Source: the human T2T-CHM13v2.0 reference genome, Homo sapiens
Assembly (NCBI RefSeq): GCF_009914755.1
Contig: NC_060925.1
DNA length: 64,000 nucleotides
Strand: one strand, 5' to 3'
Notes under the pieces: model-generated
Seen by the model: the letters and a program-made list of their open reading frames with translations, nothing else
The model's database searches: none
What the model was told of the DNA's origin: nothing
Part shown: positions 1 through 15,156 of the stretch, piece by piece
How positions within the stretch are numbered: position 1 is the first letter of the stretch
Layout: each line of letters opens with the position of its first letter
Program-made: the position numbers and the translations under genes

Positions 1-2105
1 TAAGAGTTGGCTCATGGAGTTTGGGGTCCCATTCCTGCCTTTTGTAACTTCCTCCTAATGTCAAGGATAGATTGAGTAATACAACGCATGCCCAGAAGAC
101 CCCACCCTTCCGGGTTGTCTGGGTCTACATTAGTATATTTCCTGAGTGCCTCAACCAAGCAGCCCTAAAACAGAATGGGATTTTCATCCTTCCACTGAGT
201 TACTTCTCTATCCTTGTCATAATTAACTGGCTTAATCACACACCTTTTCATACTTTCTATTAAACAAGTTAGCATGTGATTTCTATGTTCAAGTTCTTGG
301 GAACCCTTCTGGTAATCCCACTGAGGGTCTCTATGTGGAACTGCATCTCCCCCTACATAAATGGTATGGCCTTGGATATGAGCAGCTACTCTAACTGCAT
401 ATTCACAGGCCAGTACCCAGAATCCCTCTCTTCTCCTCTATAATACAGGAAGAGGACAATAATATTTGCAAGTTGTGCCAAGTTAAATCAAAGGACATCA
501 TCAACCTGACAAACTCCTCTATAAACTTCCCTGGATCCTTCAAAAACCAGCCATATTTCTCCTTGAAGAAAGCCAATTTGGACAAAGGAAATGGAACATA
601 TACTCTGATTGTTCCCCTATCTCTGCCAGCTAACTCCAGCAATGGACACAGATTCAATTTGAGGGGCTGATAGAGAGCTCCACTCCTGGTGGTTCTGGTT
701 GGGCTTACTTCCTTGGGCAGTGGGGGATACAGGCTGGAGCTAGCTAAATAAAAGGGAGGGTTTTCTGATGACATTGGGGTGAAATCCCACACTGGAGAAC
801 TGGCAGGACCCCTCGCAGAACTGGGGGACTGAGAAGACCCTGGAGAGGGCATGGGCCCTCCAGGGGGTGCCGCCAGGAAGGGAGCATCGAGGATATCCCA
901 CGCGGTTTCTTGGTGCCTGGAAGTAACATGAGCCAGACACATCCTGCAGTTGACTCTTAAGTCAGAATCCTGGTAGGGGGCCGTAGAAGCCTGTACGTAA
1001 GGAACTTCTCCCCATTTTCCTTCCTTTTTACTGAATAAGTCCAATTGTAAAATAGTATGATAATGTAAAGAACAAGTTTCAGGCCAAATTTCTTGTTCTC
1101 CCAAGAAAATTGTTTCTTTTTCTTTGAGCCATCTCATTTGAATTTGCTCCAATTGCCTTAAAGACACCCTAGTGGGGAGTCCTTTGGGATGCTCGCCTTT
1201 GTCCCCATGTCTAACAAGGATCTCTACTACACCCAGAAGTTTTTCTAAGTCTAGCAAAAGCTCAGTTACTTTCCCTTTCAAATTCCCACCTCCTGCAGAG
1301 ATGTAAGTACAGTTAGCAAAGTGTTATGAAAGTAGATTATGAAATATGAATGCGAAGTAAAATGATGGGTCTGAATTCCACAGAGTGAAGAAAGCATTTT
1401 AGTTTGGGCAAAGAGGGGTTAAAAGAAACAAGGTGATCATGGAAGGGAGGAAGGGAAAGCATGAACAGCGTTGTCCAGACTGAGGTGCCAGAAAATCTAC
1501 CCAGCAGCCACAGAGACTGAGGAAAATTATTTGGGCAAAATGTTTGGGTGGCTGCTGCTTGTCTGCCACTATGGGTAGTTGTCACTTGGGCCAGGGGTCC
1601 AGGAATCCCTGGTCCCTGTGACCAAGAGTTCAATATGGGCTTGAGCAAAGTCACGTAGGAGGGGGCCCACAACTGGCTGTTATGGAAAATCGTAATCTTT
1701 TAATTTAAGGGCGGAGAAGATGACATCCACACTCCTCCAGGGAAGGAGCTCTAATCCACAATCCTATAGGGAATGTCAATGCTGAAAACCCCAGAGCATC
1801 CAGGGAGAGGCCAACAGTGACAGTGGAACTCTCACCACAACGAAATGCCAAAAACCCAGAGTACCCAAGTATCAGCCAGTGATGGTCCCCACACTGAATG
1901 CTGAAACTGCAGGGGAGGCAATGGTGAACCCCAAAGGCCAAGTTAGGGGCCACTGAACAATGTGACTTTGGCATCTCAGGGTCAGCACAGTAAGGGACTT
2001 TTCACGACCAAGTGTCCTGCCTTAAACAGTTCTTGACTCTGTCCTGTCCTGTCCTGTGTTATATCATGTCCTGTCCCATCTTGTCTTGTCTTTGTGGTCA
2101 CCAGA
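1..2105 (-). mobile_element. Class I (gamma-like) ERV internal region: leader plus defective gag
   Basis: Minus-strand ATG at 1208 reads MGTKASIPKDSPLGCL*GNWSKFK* (matrix start, two stops). The frame then shifts into WPETCSLHYHTILQLDLFSKKEGKWGEVPYVQA, an LYPPL late-domain-like motif and a capsid start (VYVPFPLSKL...DPGKFIEEF...SFDLTW). Confidence 0.9.
2088..2103 (-). promoter_or_regulatory. ERV primer-binding site, tRNA-Arg-like
   Basis: TGGTGACCACAAAGAC lies just after the LTR terminal CA and resembles the Arg PBS TGGCGACCACGAAGGGAC. Confidence 0.65.
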
Positions 2106-2603
2106 TGATGCAAGGAAGGACAACCCCAAAATTGGGGCTTAGCCAAGGAGAGTTCTTGGCTTTGCCCAGGTAAGAATTCAAGGGCAACCCAGCGGTGAAA
2201 GAAAGCAACTTTTGTTAAACTGGTACTGCTTCTCGTGGAGGAAGGCTAACCCATGGGCAGTGTGTGGGTTGCTAGCTAGCTGTATTTATTTAGATGCTTT
2301 TAATTAGATGCTAATTAGGAAGTGGGTTATTCAGAACTTTTTGGAAAAGGGATGAGGAGTTTCCAGAAGCATATAAGGTAACTTCCTGGCCATTGCCATG
2401 GCATGTTGACATGGCATTTATAAACTGTCATGGCACTGGAAAGGAGTGTCTTTATGCTAATGAGCAGTGAGAGCAACTAGAGGTAGCTTTTGTCTCCATC
2501 TGCTGGTTTTGGTCAGCTTCTTTACTGCACCCTGTTTGGACCAGATCCTGCTCTGATCAACTGGGCCACAACCGCAAATAAGTCCTGTCACTTTCCTACC
2601 TCA
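2106..2603 (-). mobile_element. ERV1 5' LTR (LTR19/MER41-like group)
   Basis: Minus strand begins TGAGGTAGGA and ends GCATCA, abuts the PBS, and carries the gccatggcatt..taaactgtcatggc motif. Confidence 0.75.
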
Positions 2604-3653
2604 GTAGAATCTCTGCCAAAGAATGATCTTGAAAGTTTGCTGTTTACTCATCATCTGGAAAAATCTTCCTGTATAGGCCAAATTCCCACCCTTGAGATTT
2701 CTGAAGGACCAACAAGTAAAAACAGTATACTCCAATGGGACTGTTAGATTTCAACTAACTTACTCTCCTTTGGATTTCTTTTTCTGAAAATAAATTCTTC
2801 ACACACACTGACTTGTCTTTTGCAATCCAATGTAAAAGTGGGACATCTTCTTCAGAAGCTTTGAAACATACAAATTAGCCTCAAACTTACCTACCAGACT
2901 TCCAGGCTAGAAGGCTGATTCATGTAAGAAGGACTAAGAAGACACTTCACCCATATCCTGGGTAACAGGAGGGGATCCTTTAGATAGGTTTGTACACCAG
3001 GCTGGTAACCTACACTTTCTTCTAGCAGTGAGAGGTACTGAGATCCGTCACCCCCTCCTGCAAGGCCAAGACCCAGAGAGAGCCAAATTTTAGCCTAGAA
3101 TTCAGCCAGCTCTTCACAGTCTCCTATGTTTTACATTTTCCTCCACAATCATTTACTTTGAAAGACTTCAAACCTATAGAAAAATTGAAAAAAAAAAGAA
3201 CTCCTCTACACCATTCACCCAAGTTCAACAGTTAACATTCCTTTACCTTTTTTCTCTGTCTACACACACCTACACACACATTCATATTTCATAGTAAATG
3301 CAGACCAAAAAAACTCCACTTCATCCCTAAATAGTTCAGCATGTATTTCATGAGATTAAGGACATTATCCTATATAATTATAATACAATTCAATTATCAA
3401 ACCTAAGGATATTAACATTTATTCAATAACATTATCTAATATATAGTCCAGATAGAAATTTTCTGTTTAGAAAATGTCACATCTATACACATATATGTGC
3501 ATGTATATAGATATTTATGCATACATAGTGTGTGCATGTGTGTATGTATGTGTATATATAACACACATGCACATTACATATGCATAAATGTTTTAATTTA
3601 ATAATATTTATATGCATCAATATCTTAAAGATATATACGTATCATTAGCTGGA

Positions 3654-3981
3654 AGCTGCCTCTATCCATATATTAAAGGTTTCTCCATATGTAGTGAACT
3701 GTAACCTAACTGGATGTGTAAACAACCTGTAACCTACTCTTGAGCCAATGACTGAGTTTTAGCCAATCAAAGGTGGCCAACTGTTCAAACTGGGTTCAAA
3801 TAAGACAAACTCAGAGCTGTAGCCAATCCGATTATTTTTGTACCTCACTTCTGTTTTCTGTAAGTCACTTTCCCTTTTCCATCCATAAATCTTCTTCTAC
3901 CACATGGTAGCACTGGAACCTCTCTGAACCTATTCTGGTTCTGGAAATTTCTGATTCAGGAATTCTTCTTTGCTTAATTAA

Positions 3982-3984
<3 letters not shown>
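3654..3984 (+). mobile_element. MER57-type LTR fragment
   Basis: tagtgaactgtaacctaactggatgtgtaaac...agccaatcaaagg matches the MER57 consensus as recalled. Confidence 0.75.

Positions 3985-4032
<48 letters not shown>
3985..4032. repeat. (TG)n microsatellite
   Basis: Pure TG run followed by a TA-rich tract. Confidence 0.95.
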
Positions 4033-4034
<2 letters not shown>

Positions 4035-4418
4035 TATATATTATATACACATGTAATATATATATGTATGTGTATATATAATATTTATTTAAGAGAGAGA
4101 GAGAAGTGACTTGTGGTACTGATGTTGCTTCCCTAGGTTCCAAGTAAAGTTCCTCAATTGCACTTTACTTACCTAGAGCTGTCCCTCCATTTCTTTGTCC
4201 TTGTTGCTAAGTTTTTGAAGTGGATAGGCTAGTTATCTTGTTCAACATCCTGCATTCTGATCAAACTAAACATTTTTGGAAAGAACAGAATATAGGAATT
4301 TGTGCTTCTTACCACTCAACCTGTCAGAAAGCAAGTGATGCAAGAACAAAATATTGTGAATATGTTTACATCGAAAGTGTTAAAGAAAACTCAGCATCTG
4401 CCAGCAAGTTTATGGCGT

Positions 4419-4489
4419 GCCACGGTGGTATAGTGATTGGCACTTTGTGTTGTGAATGCAGAACCTTGATTCCAATCCAAAATGGCAGT
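4419..4489 (+). pseudogene. tRNA-His(GTG) pseudogene, copy 1
   Basis: gccacggtggtatagtgattggcactttgtgttgtgaatgcagaaccttgattccaatcc aligns to tRNA-His. The B box is decayed and the flanks are shared with the other His copies. Confidence 0.75.
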
Positions 4490-5288
4490 GTGTGGCATCT
4501 TTTTGGGGAGAAACTGAGCTGTCTTTTGGTTTGTTTTCAATCCGTGCACTGACTGAGTCCTTTAGCAGGGTTTACCACTGACTCCTGCAATGCAGTGCAG
4601 TCAGGCAAAAAGGAGACCCCACATTGCACATACCTAGGGCCCAGGACATGCCCTATGTCTCACCATTGAGCAGAAAATATCCCAAAGGGTAAAATGTCAC
4701 CTTTCAAACCGCCATGTTGGTAGCTTCCACTAATGCAGTGGTGTGGTCATAACTGGTTTTTACTGTTCCTTACAATGGCTGCAACCCTTATTTGTGACTA
4801 GAGAACAAGGCTTACCACTGAATTGCCAGCATGATACAGCCAGGGCCATCAAAAACACACCTGCACTAGATCATTGGGAACTTTGGAGGTGCCTTACATC
4901 TGGGCATGCATTGAACCACCACACAAGGTGAAATGCCTCTTCTCAAAGAGGCTTGCCTGCAGTTTCCACTAATGAAATTGTGAGTCATAGCTGTTCTTCT
5001 GTTTGAGATATTAGGAGGGATTTTGTGGGGGGTGAGGGGGGATGAAAGTGAGCTTTTACTGAGTTTAAAATAAAATCCAAACTCCTTGCCATGGTCTACA
5101 CTGGCTTGTCTCCATCTTCCATCCCCCACCCCCCATGTTTATGCTAAAGAGCAGACTATTGAAATGTAATTCACACAGTGTAAAATTCAAATATATTAAC
5201 TAGGACAGGTTATTAAATATTGACAAATGAAATCATCACCCAGATCAAGTTATAGAAAATTTCCATCATCCCAAAAATGTCTGTGGAT

Positions 5289-5440
5289 GCCAGGCACGGT
5301 AGCTCATGCTTGTAATCCCAGCACTTGGGAGGCTGAGGCGGAAAGATTGACTGAGCCCAGCAATTTGAGACCAGCCTGGGCAACATGGCAAGACCCCCAT
5401 CCCTATAAAAATTTTTTTTCAAATTCAAAAAATAAAAAAT
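5289..5440 (+). mobile_element. Alu monomer (FLAM/AluJ) within an old antisense L1M fragment
   Basis: Left-arm Alu sequence with A-rich end, flanked by L1M-like sequence. Confidence 0.8.
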
Positions 5441-5975
5441 ATTTAAAAAGGTCCAAGAGTCCCTTTCCAGGCAATCCCACCCTTCTCCCCTTGGTTTATC
5501 ACTATTCTGATGTTTATCACCATAGATTATGTTGCTCTCTTCTTGAAATTCATATAAATTCACTTTTTGTGTTAGCTTTTTTTCACATCTTTGAAATGTA
5601 TCCATATTATTATATGTATCTAGTTTATTTGGGTGTAACTGGTGAGTGTTATCCAATATGTGAATACACCACTGTTGATGGACAATTTGGTTATTTCTAG
5701 TTTGGACTATTATGAAGAAGGCTGCTGTGCATGAATATTATTGTACGAATCTATTTATCAACAAATATTCTGTGTTTTCTTAGATTTTGTATTTGTCTCT
5801 ATTTGGCATCTATTCACCGCAGAACAATTATAATAACTATATTTTCTTATTTTCTTTATTTTTTTCTTAAAACAATTTATTGATGTATGCCTGGTATACT
5901 AAAAGCTGTACATATGTAATGAACACAATTTGCTGAGATTGGAAATAAGTATGGACACATTAAATCATCACCACA

Positions 5976-6514
<539 letters not shown>

Positions 6515-6802
6515 TCAAATCAGGATGTTTAGGATATCCATCATCTCAGACATTTTATCATTTCTTTGTGTTGGGAACATTTCAAATTCTCTCTTCTTAG
6601 CTCCTTTGAAATGTACAATATACTGCTGGTAGCTGTAGTCACCCTACTGTGCTGTTTCTTTTCTGAGATTCCACCTAACCCCTTGATGTTCCAACTGCTG
6701 TGGTTGTCTAAAACTTTGTCCTCTGTTCCTTTAATCTAGGAAGACAGTTTGGTTTTGTATTGTAATTTAGCTAATCCAAGTAAGGGGGAGCAAAGTTTGT
6801 TC

Positions 6803-7701
6803 TATAAACGAAAAATAAAATCCTAAGTCCCCCAACTGACTAAATGGACCCCCCGTTGGCCAACGGGACCCTAGGCAAACCTTATAAACTGAGTCCCAGG
6901 CCAAGAAGGAACGGGAGGCCAGACAAGCCTCATTATATTCCCACCCTTTTGCAATTTAGACAAAACTGACCAACATTAATGTTATCACGGAGATCATAAG
7001 ACTGACGGAACAGACTCTTTATGGCAATAAGACACCAAATTATAAATAGGACTTAGGACCATTCCGGGCAAGGATTAACTCACACACCCCATATATGCAA
7101 AGAATAAACTATGTTCTAACTGCCACAAGGATTTTCTCTAGCAGCTAAACAAGCACTGGCCTTGAGAATAGGGAGTGTTGAAGCACTTGCTGCTCACCCC
7201 TCACCAGATACCGAACCCCGCTGTTCCACAAGCCATAACTACAGCCTTGACTGACAAGAGACTGATTTCAGTAACTTTCTTCTGATGAGAAGACCAGCGA
7301 CCATGGACTGGTTCTGTCAGTTTTACAGTATCTGTGCATTTGAGTGCCTTTGTGTCCTGAAAAGACCTTTGTGTATAGGGCCTAATTGTAATGCATTTAA
7401 ATGCTAAGTATCCATAACAAGGTGAACAAGGTTGTATATTACGTGAATGTTTGTTCAATAAGCATGCATCAGGACCCCTTCACAAATATTCATAAATCCT
7501 CCTATAACTTGTTGAATATGTATTTTAGGCCCACCCATTCAACTTAAATTCCTGTCTTGCCCCTCCCTCCCTCAAAGTGCCTGCTTCTGGGCTTCCCGTG
7601 ATTCCCAGCCTGTCAGGATGACCACCTTACATGCTGTAACCCTTTAGAAGAAATAAATTCTCCTCTGTAAGCTCACAAATTGTATGGTTTTTCAGTTAAC
7701 A
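6803..7701 (+). mobile_element. MER4D-type solo LTR
   Basis: Starts tataaacgaaaaataaaatcctaag, has AATAAA near the end, ends cagttaaca, about 900 bp. Confidence 0.8.
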
Positions 7702-8264
7702 GCCCTCTGCTGAAAGTTTGCAAAATGGGATACTCACTACCTGCCATTCTTCCATATGTCCGCCTGCTTTTGTTCAGTCTTCCAGCACCTTCAAATTATA
7801 TAATATATATATGAAATAAATTTTTCTAGTTTATAGTCGTTATCTGTGGGAGAGTTACTCTGAAAGCAGCAAGAAGCCATTACCAGATGCAGATCTCATT
7901 CTGTCAGTAATGGCAACCCAGCAAATAGGGCAGGAGCCCCACCCAGGTGTGGATCAATGCATGGCTGTATAACCTTGAACAAGCTGCTTAGTCGACCTCT
8001 GAAGTCAGTACTGCTGTATGAGAAATGGAGATATGAAAAGAACAGGAGTGCTAGGGTGCCCAAGGGAGAAAAGAGTAGGTAACAAGATTTTCGGTCAGGA
8101 GCATGAGAAACAGGGAGAGGGTCGCCATTAACTCCCCTTCTTCACCAGAGTTTTCTGGCACCCAAGACTACAGAAACTCTCCTGCAGTGGGCTTTGGGGC
8201 ACATCGCAAGTTCCAGTAACAAGGGCTAAGGTCGCCCGCTTTTGGAGACCTTACAAAGCATGTA

Positions 8265-8337
8265 TTCCCTGACCAGGAATCGAACTCGAGCTGCAGGCGG
8301 TGAAAGCGCCGAATCCTAGCCACTAGACCACCACGGA
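8265..8337 (-). tRNA. tRNA-Glu(TTC) variant, probable pseudogene
   Basis: TCCGTGGTGGTCTAGTGGCTAGGATTCGGCGCTTTCACCGCCTGCAGCTCGAGTTCGATTCCTGGTCAGGGAA. A and B boxes are retained. It has a 1-nt insertion and acceptor/T-stem mismatches. Confidence 0.9.
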
Positions 8338-8453
8338 AACAACAGCAAGCACTTTTCATTCCTCTTGCCTTCCAAAGGTTTCTCCAAAAGGTGAACCTGT
8401 CTGCAATGCTCACGAAGCCCGCCAGATGCACAAGTCAAAACTGATCTAGAGAT

Positions 8454-9785
8454 TCTGAAGTACGCTGTGCTCCTTGAGAAGTGCGGAGCCACTGGAACCA
8501 CAAGCAGCTTCAGACAGGAACCAATGAGGCCATCAAAACCCTCAACAGAGGCATCTGTGAGTTCATTGTGGTGGCTGCAGACACCACGCTGCAAGAGAGC
8601 ATTCTGCACTCCCACTGCTGTGTGAAGAGAAGAATGTGCTGGGCCTGCCTGGAATGTTTGCGCACTCCAGGCGGGCCCTGGGGCGGGCCTGTGGGGTCTC
8701 CAGTCCTGTCATCACCTGTTCTGTCACCATCAAAGAAGGCTCACAGCTGATCCAGTCCATTCAGCAGTCCGTTGAAAGGCTCCTAGTCTAAACCTGTGGC
8801 GTCTAAACCCGTGGCCTCTGCTGCACAATCTCTGCTGACTCCTCCCCCTGAGGTTATTCTCAGCTACTTTCTATTGCTATAAAATATTATAGTACTAAAT
8901 CTGGTTTCTGGGGTTTTGTATAGTTTTTGTTCTGTTTTACAGGGTTGTTTTCCCCCTTCTCCATGCCCACCCTTTCTCTGCCATCCTGCATCCTCTTCAA
9001 CTCTCTATTGAAAAATGAACAAATGTTCAGAACAGAGGAAGTAGAGTGGTGGCACCATCAAAGGCAGGAAGGGCCAGGAGAACCTGATGGGAGCGGGGAT
9101 ACAGACCTGGTTCTAGCTTCCAGTCTTCCAGTCACTAACTTTCTGCTGTGTGCAGGGCACAATGGAAGTAAACACCACCCACTATATATCCCCTGTGCCT
9201 GGCATACAGAATCATTCATACATGTTGACCGAAGGGTTTCCTTTGCTTCTAGGGGATTATGTATCATTTTGGGAGGAAGCATGTATTCTGTGAGGTTGTT
9301 TAGTTTATGTCCAAGTGCCATTTACTAATGTATCCCTGCTCTTTGCTTTCGGTATGTATGTTCTTCCTCCACCTGACAATTGTGCCCCCAATGGTGGCCA
9401 GGCAGCAGCATACCAAAGAGATGTGCTGCAAGATTTCAGAGGTGGGTGAGTGAGACATGGGAAAGTGGACTCAGGTCTTGAAAGAGTCAGGAGTGGCCAG
9501 GGCAAAGAACATGAACTGGTGCTGGAATGAAGGATTCTGGGAAGGTTGTGGAGACCTGGCTGGTAGCTAGAGCAGAGATGATGGAATCCAAGGAAACAAC
9601 TTCTCTCCGGTGAATCAAGATTTCTTCAGTGGACACTTAGTCCCAGCTCTGATAGCCCTTACCCCTGTTTCCTGCCACAGTGTGGGTCATATGTATTCTT
9701 TATCATATGAGGAGAGTGCTAATTAATGTGTCATTTATTTTGTGAGCATGCTAATAAATATATTCATATTCCAATTTAGTGAAAA
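8454..9785 (+). pseudogene. SNU13: SNU13 (NHP2L1/15.5K) processed pseudogene, 5'-truncated, with 3' UTR
   Basis: Translates [29 protein letters not shown] and, after frameshifts, [35 protein letters not shown] (stop 8789-8791). It is intronless, has AATAAA and an A tail, and has a 17-bp TSD aaaactgatctagagat at 8437-8453 and 9786-9802. Confidence 0.95.
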
Positions 9786-10134
9786 AAAACTGATCTAGAG
9801 ATGCCCCTTTTCGAGGTGACAGCATGGCTCTGGAGAGATGGCCACAGGAACCATGGCAGTGGACCAGGTTGCTGGGAGAAGGCAAAAGGGGAGGCACCCA
9901 AGCTGAGAAGGGGCTAAGCACTCAGCCCCTGGGACCACCAACAGCAGGCCTGAGACACATGCAGGAAACCAGACAGCCTGGATGAAATTTCTTTCAAGCA
10001 AGGCCAGTGGTCCCTGACAGAACACCAGAGGTTTCCCCCTAAATCCTTTCGCATCTGTACCGTTTCCATCTTAGTTGGAGCTCTTTGTTCTCATCCTTGC
10101 AATACGCAGAGAAAAAAAAATCACAGGTTGTTGA

Positions 10135-10396
<262 letters not shown>

Positions 10397-12352
10397 ACCA
10401 GAGTTCTTTTTGATGCCGATATTTTACTCGGACTCCACATCTAGGTAGGAATTCATGTTTTCAAGTACGGACATTGCTCTACACAATCCTCTCCTTTCCT
10501 GATCACTAAATTAGAGTAAATCACTGTCCTGAAGAAGGTACCCTTGGGAGAGTGGGTTGGCCTGTCTTTCCACCCTTTCTTGACTCTGCCCTCACCTTCA
10601 AGCCTCTTTCTGGCCTGTGTTCAAGGTCCAGAGGCATGCTTAAGACCTCTCTGTGTGGCTCTTCTTGAAGAGTCAGGAACCCCATACTTCCTGTTCAGCG
10701 GGCAGAGAAGCTTCAAGCCGCACAGTTTTGGGTATGCTAGGATCCCACAAGGCACAGATGTGCAGTGGCCCACGAAGTGAGTTTGTGGGTCTCCAGTTAC
10801 CTGCAGCCCTTTCTGCTCCTGTAGGTTAAAGGGCAATTGCCTTTTTTTTTCTGTCCAGGAAGGACCCCAGAATGTTCTGAGTCAGAAAGACAGTGAATCC
10901 TCTCCTCTGGGTCAGTGGGGAGGGAGAGAGAGAGATTTCAGAGGGAAGAAAGCAGAAAAAGATGTCACAAAATTGCCTAATCAAAAGTTACCATGATGCC
11001 TGCCTCATCTGGAACTGGGCTCCCAGTCTCTAGTGAGGGAGACATAGTCCAGTCCAGTCCCAGTCTCCAGTCTGAGCCAAAGCAGAACAAAGCTGGACAC
11101 TGCAGCCTGGCATCCAACGAACATTTTGTCACTTTCCCCAGGGTGGGAGCATTTGAACTTTGGATGTGAAGGAAACATGGTAACCACTGCAGTAAGAAGA
11201 GCAACTGCTGGAGAAAATGGCACTTTCTTCCCCAAATTTGTTTTTACACTCATGTCTAAGGAACACCTTAGAAACCACATTAACATCTTTCAGCAAAAGG
11301 AAATTCTGCCTGTTGATCTTTTGCTGTGAGACAAACTTGAAAAGTTCACAGACACTGCCTTTCTCTGAAAACTGCCCTTACCTCTTTGTTATAATTCACT
11401 TCAAGATCTGTTGAGTAGGAACATCAAAAATGCAAATAAAAAGTTTCAAGTATTATGAAAGAATGCAATAAAACTGCCTTTAAAAAAAATCTCAAGATGG
11501 AGGTGGAGATCCTGTGATCATGAAATCTGAATAGGCTGCTCCTGTGTCCTTCAGTGGTGATGGCTCTGAAACCCTTGTGTTTTATGAACTTCATGCCCTG
11601 GTCTTCAAACGAATTCAGTGCAGGCCAAGAAGCACAGTTTGGCCTGGGTTGGATGCTCTATATTTTCAAAGAGTGAAATGCCTTGAGACACAGCCTTTGC
11701 TATAGTACCTGCTAAAACTTCAACGTGTGGATAAATATAGCTTACATTGAATCGAATAGACTCAGCGAGAGTGGCAGTGAAGGATGCCCTCTGGAAGATT
11801 CGAGGTGCTGAGGCCAAAGGGCTAGCAAGGAAAGAGCGTGCGGGTCAGGCCCTTCAGCCTGGTGGAAGAGCAGGCAGGGAGGGTCCTATGGTTCCTGGGA
11901 GGACCCGAAGCATGATCGCCTGTCAAGAGCCAAGAGCCCTAATGGCCAGCGCCGGGGAAAGGGCCCCCGAGGGGCAGTCAGCAGCCCTGCAGGGGCGGCG
12001 TTCACACTCCTGTGTGGCACGGGACACTCATGGCTCCAACAGCTCCTGAAGCTTCTGGGAGCCAGAGAGTCAGCAGGGAGAATCCCACACACGGGCACTC
12101 AGTTCCTGGAAACCCTGCATGAGATGCGGGATCCCGAAGCCAGATTGGGGGTCCCTAGGGTCTTGGCTTCGGGGCTAGGCGCGGAACCGTAAATGAGGGT
12201 TCAGCCTGTCTGCCTGAGGGATTGTGTTTCCTGGCGTATTTATCACTCAAATTTTGAAAAGCAGTCGAATTTGTTATATTGGAAACCCTAGTAGTTAAAA
12301 ACAGCAGATGGTAACATTTCAGGAATATGTCTTGTGCCAGGAACTGTGAGGG

Positions 12353-12640
<288 letters not shown>

Positions 12641-12823
12641 AAACAGAGGACTTTAAAACCGTTATTATGTCAATATTCTATGGGTCCAAAGAATTAAGCA
12701 GAGGTATCAAACATATAAAAATGGTCAGAATCAAACTTTGGAGATTAAAAACTACAACATCTGAGATAATAAATTCACTGGATGCAATTAACAGCAGATT
12801 AGACACTGCAGAAAAAAAGATTA

Positions 12824-13665
<842 letters not shown>

Positions 13666-13972
13666 TATCTGGAACCTAGTTTGATCTGGAGGGATCTTAT
13701 TTTATAGGAGGCTTGGAGGGGGACCTTTTGCTTTGTGTACTTATAGGATGCACAAGACACAAGGGAACAATCTCTCACTTTTTAAATACAGTGATAGGCC
13801 TGAGGAGAAACAACTGCAATTTTTTTTTTTTTTTTTTTTTTAATGAGATGGGATTCTCACTGGTCTTGAACTGAGCTCAGGCGAGGCTTCCCCTACGTCG
13901 GCCTCTCAAAGTGTTGGGATTAATAGGCGTGAGCCACCGCGCCTGACCACAACTAACCAACATTTAAAAGCA

Positions 13973-14046
13973 CGTCCCTGGGTAGGCTCGAACCACCAAC
14001 TTTCCGGTTAACAGCCGAACGCGCTAACCAATTGCTCCACGGAGAT
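13973..14046 (-). tRNA. tRNA-Asn(GTT) variant
   Basis: ATCTCCGTGGAGCAATTGGTTAGCGCGTTCGGCTGTTAACCGGAAAGTTGGTGGTTCGAGCCTACCCAGGGACG, 74 nt, with G1>A and other substitutions and a TTTT terminator just downstream. Confidence 0.92.
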
Positions 14047-14728
14047 AACCTCAGTTGGTCGCTTTCATCTCAACATAGATTAAGCAATCACTAAACTCTA
14101 GGGGTTGCCATTCGCTTTCTGCAGGACAACTGTGCAGACTACAAAGCTTCGGAAAACCGGAGAGGCTGAGTCGACTAATCGTGTTGTTGCACGTTAGAAA
14201 CGCTTGCATTGCCTGACTCTGAAACCAGAAGGGCGGCCGAATGGCCTTCACCCTCCATTAACCCTCGCCTCCTTCAGAAGCCAGTGCCTCTGGAAATGCC
14301 TGGATCTGCGACCCCAGCCTGAGCCTAGTAGGGCCCAAGGGAAGCTGAACGCCCCGACGGCTCTCATGGTAGGTAGCTCTTTCTGTTTTTTTGCGCCGCC
14401 TTCAGGCAATCATCTACTCCGCTTGCTATCCCCTCACTCAACTCGGCTTCAGTAGATGGGGTTGGTGGGGCGGGAGCGGGAAAGAGGCAGGGGAGTCAAA
14501 AGGGAAAACCTGAAAAGAAGGAGGGAGAAGAAGCAGGGGAGACCAGGACGAGACAATGGGACAGCCCAGGATGCCGGTGCAGAGGGCAGCGGCTGGATGC
14601 AGAGAAGATGGGACACGTATCAGAATGGACTGGAGAAGACGTGAGGGAAAATCACAAGAACCTGTAGCTGCCCAAGAATAAACACGTAAAAATCGCATAA
14701 ATGTTTTTACATTAAAAAAAAAATCGGG

Positions 14729-15023
14729 GGACCGGGCGCAGTGGCTCACGCCTGTAATCCCAGCACTTTGGGAGGCCGAGGTGGGTGGATCACTCACTTG
14801 AAGTCAGGAGTTCGAGACCAGCCGGGCCAACATGGTGAAAGCCCGTCTCTACTAAAAATACAAAAATTAGCTGGGTGTGGTGGCGACGCTTGTAGTCCCA
14901 GCTACTCAGGAGGCTGAGGCAGGAGAATCGCTTGAACCTGAAAGGCAGAGGTGGCAGTGAGCCGAGATCGCGCCACTGCCCTCCAGCCTGGGCGACAAAG
15001 CGAAATTCTGTCTCTCAAAAAAA
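14729..15023 (+). mobile_element. AluS full-length
   Basis: Dimeric Alu. Confidence 0.95.
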
Positions 15024-15084
15024 ATGCATAAATAAATAAAAGAGGGGTGGGGAAGCAAAACGACGGGCAGTAGGTGTGGGGCGC

Positions 15085-15156
15085 ATTGGGATTCTATAGT
15101 GGTTAGTACCCTGCCTTGTGCCTGCAGCAACCTCTGTTCTAATCTGAATCCTGGTA
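15085..15156 (+). pseudogene. tRNA-His(GTG) pseudogene, copy 2
   Basis: tatagtggttagtaccctgccttgtgcctgcagcaacctctgttctaatctgaatcctggta aligns to tRNA-His. Confidence 0.85.

Noticed and set aside
403-1281. 292-aa ORF as an intact Gag
   Set aside because: The true Gag start (ATG 1208) is in another frame with two stops. The ORF start is non-ATG and it ends early in capsid.
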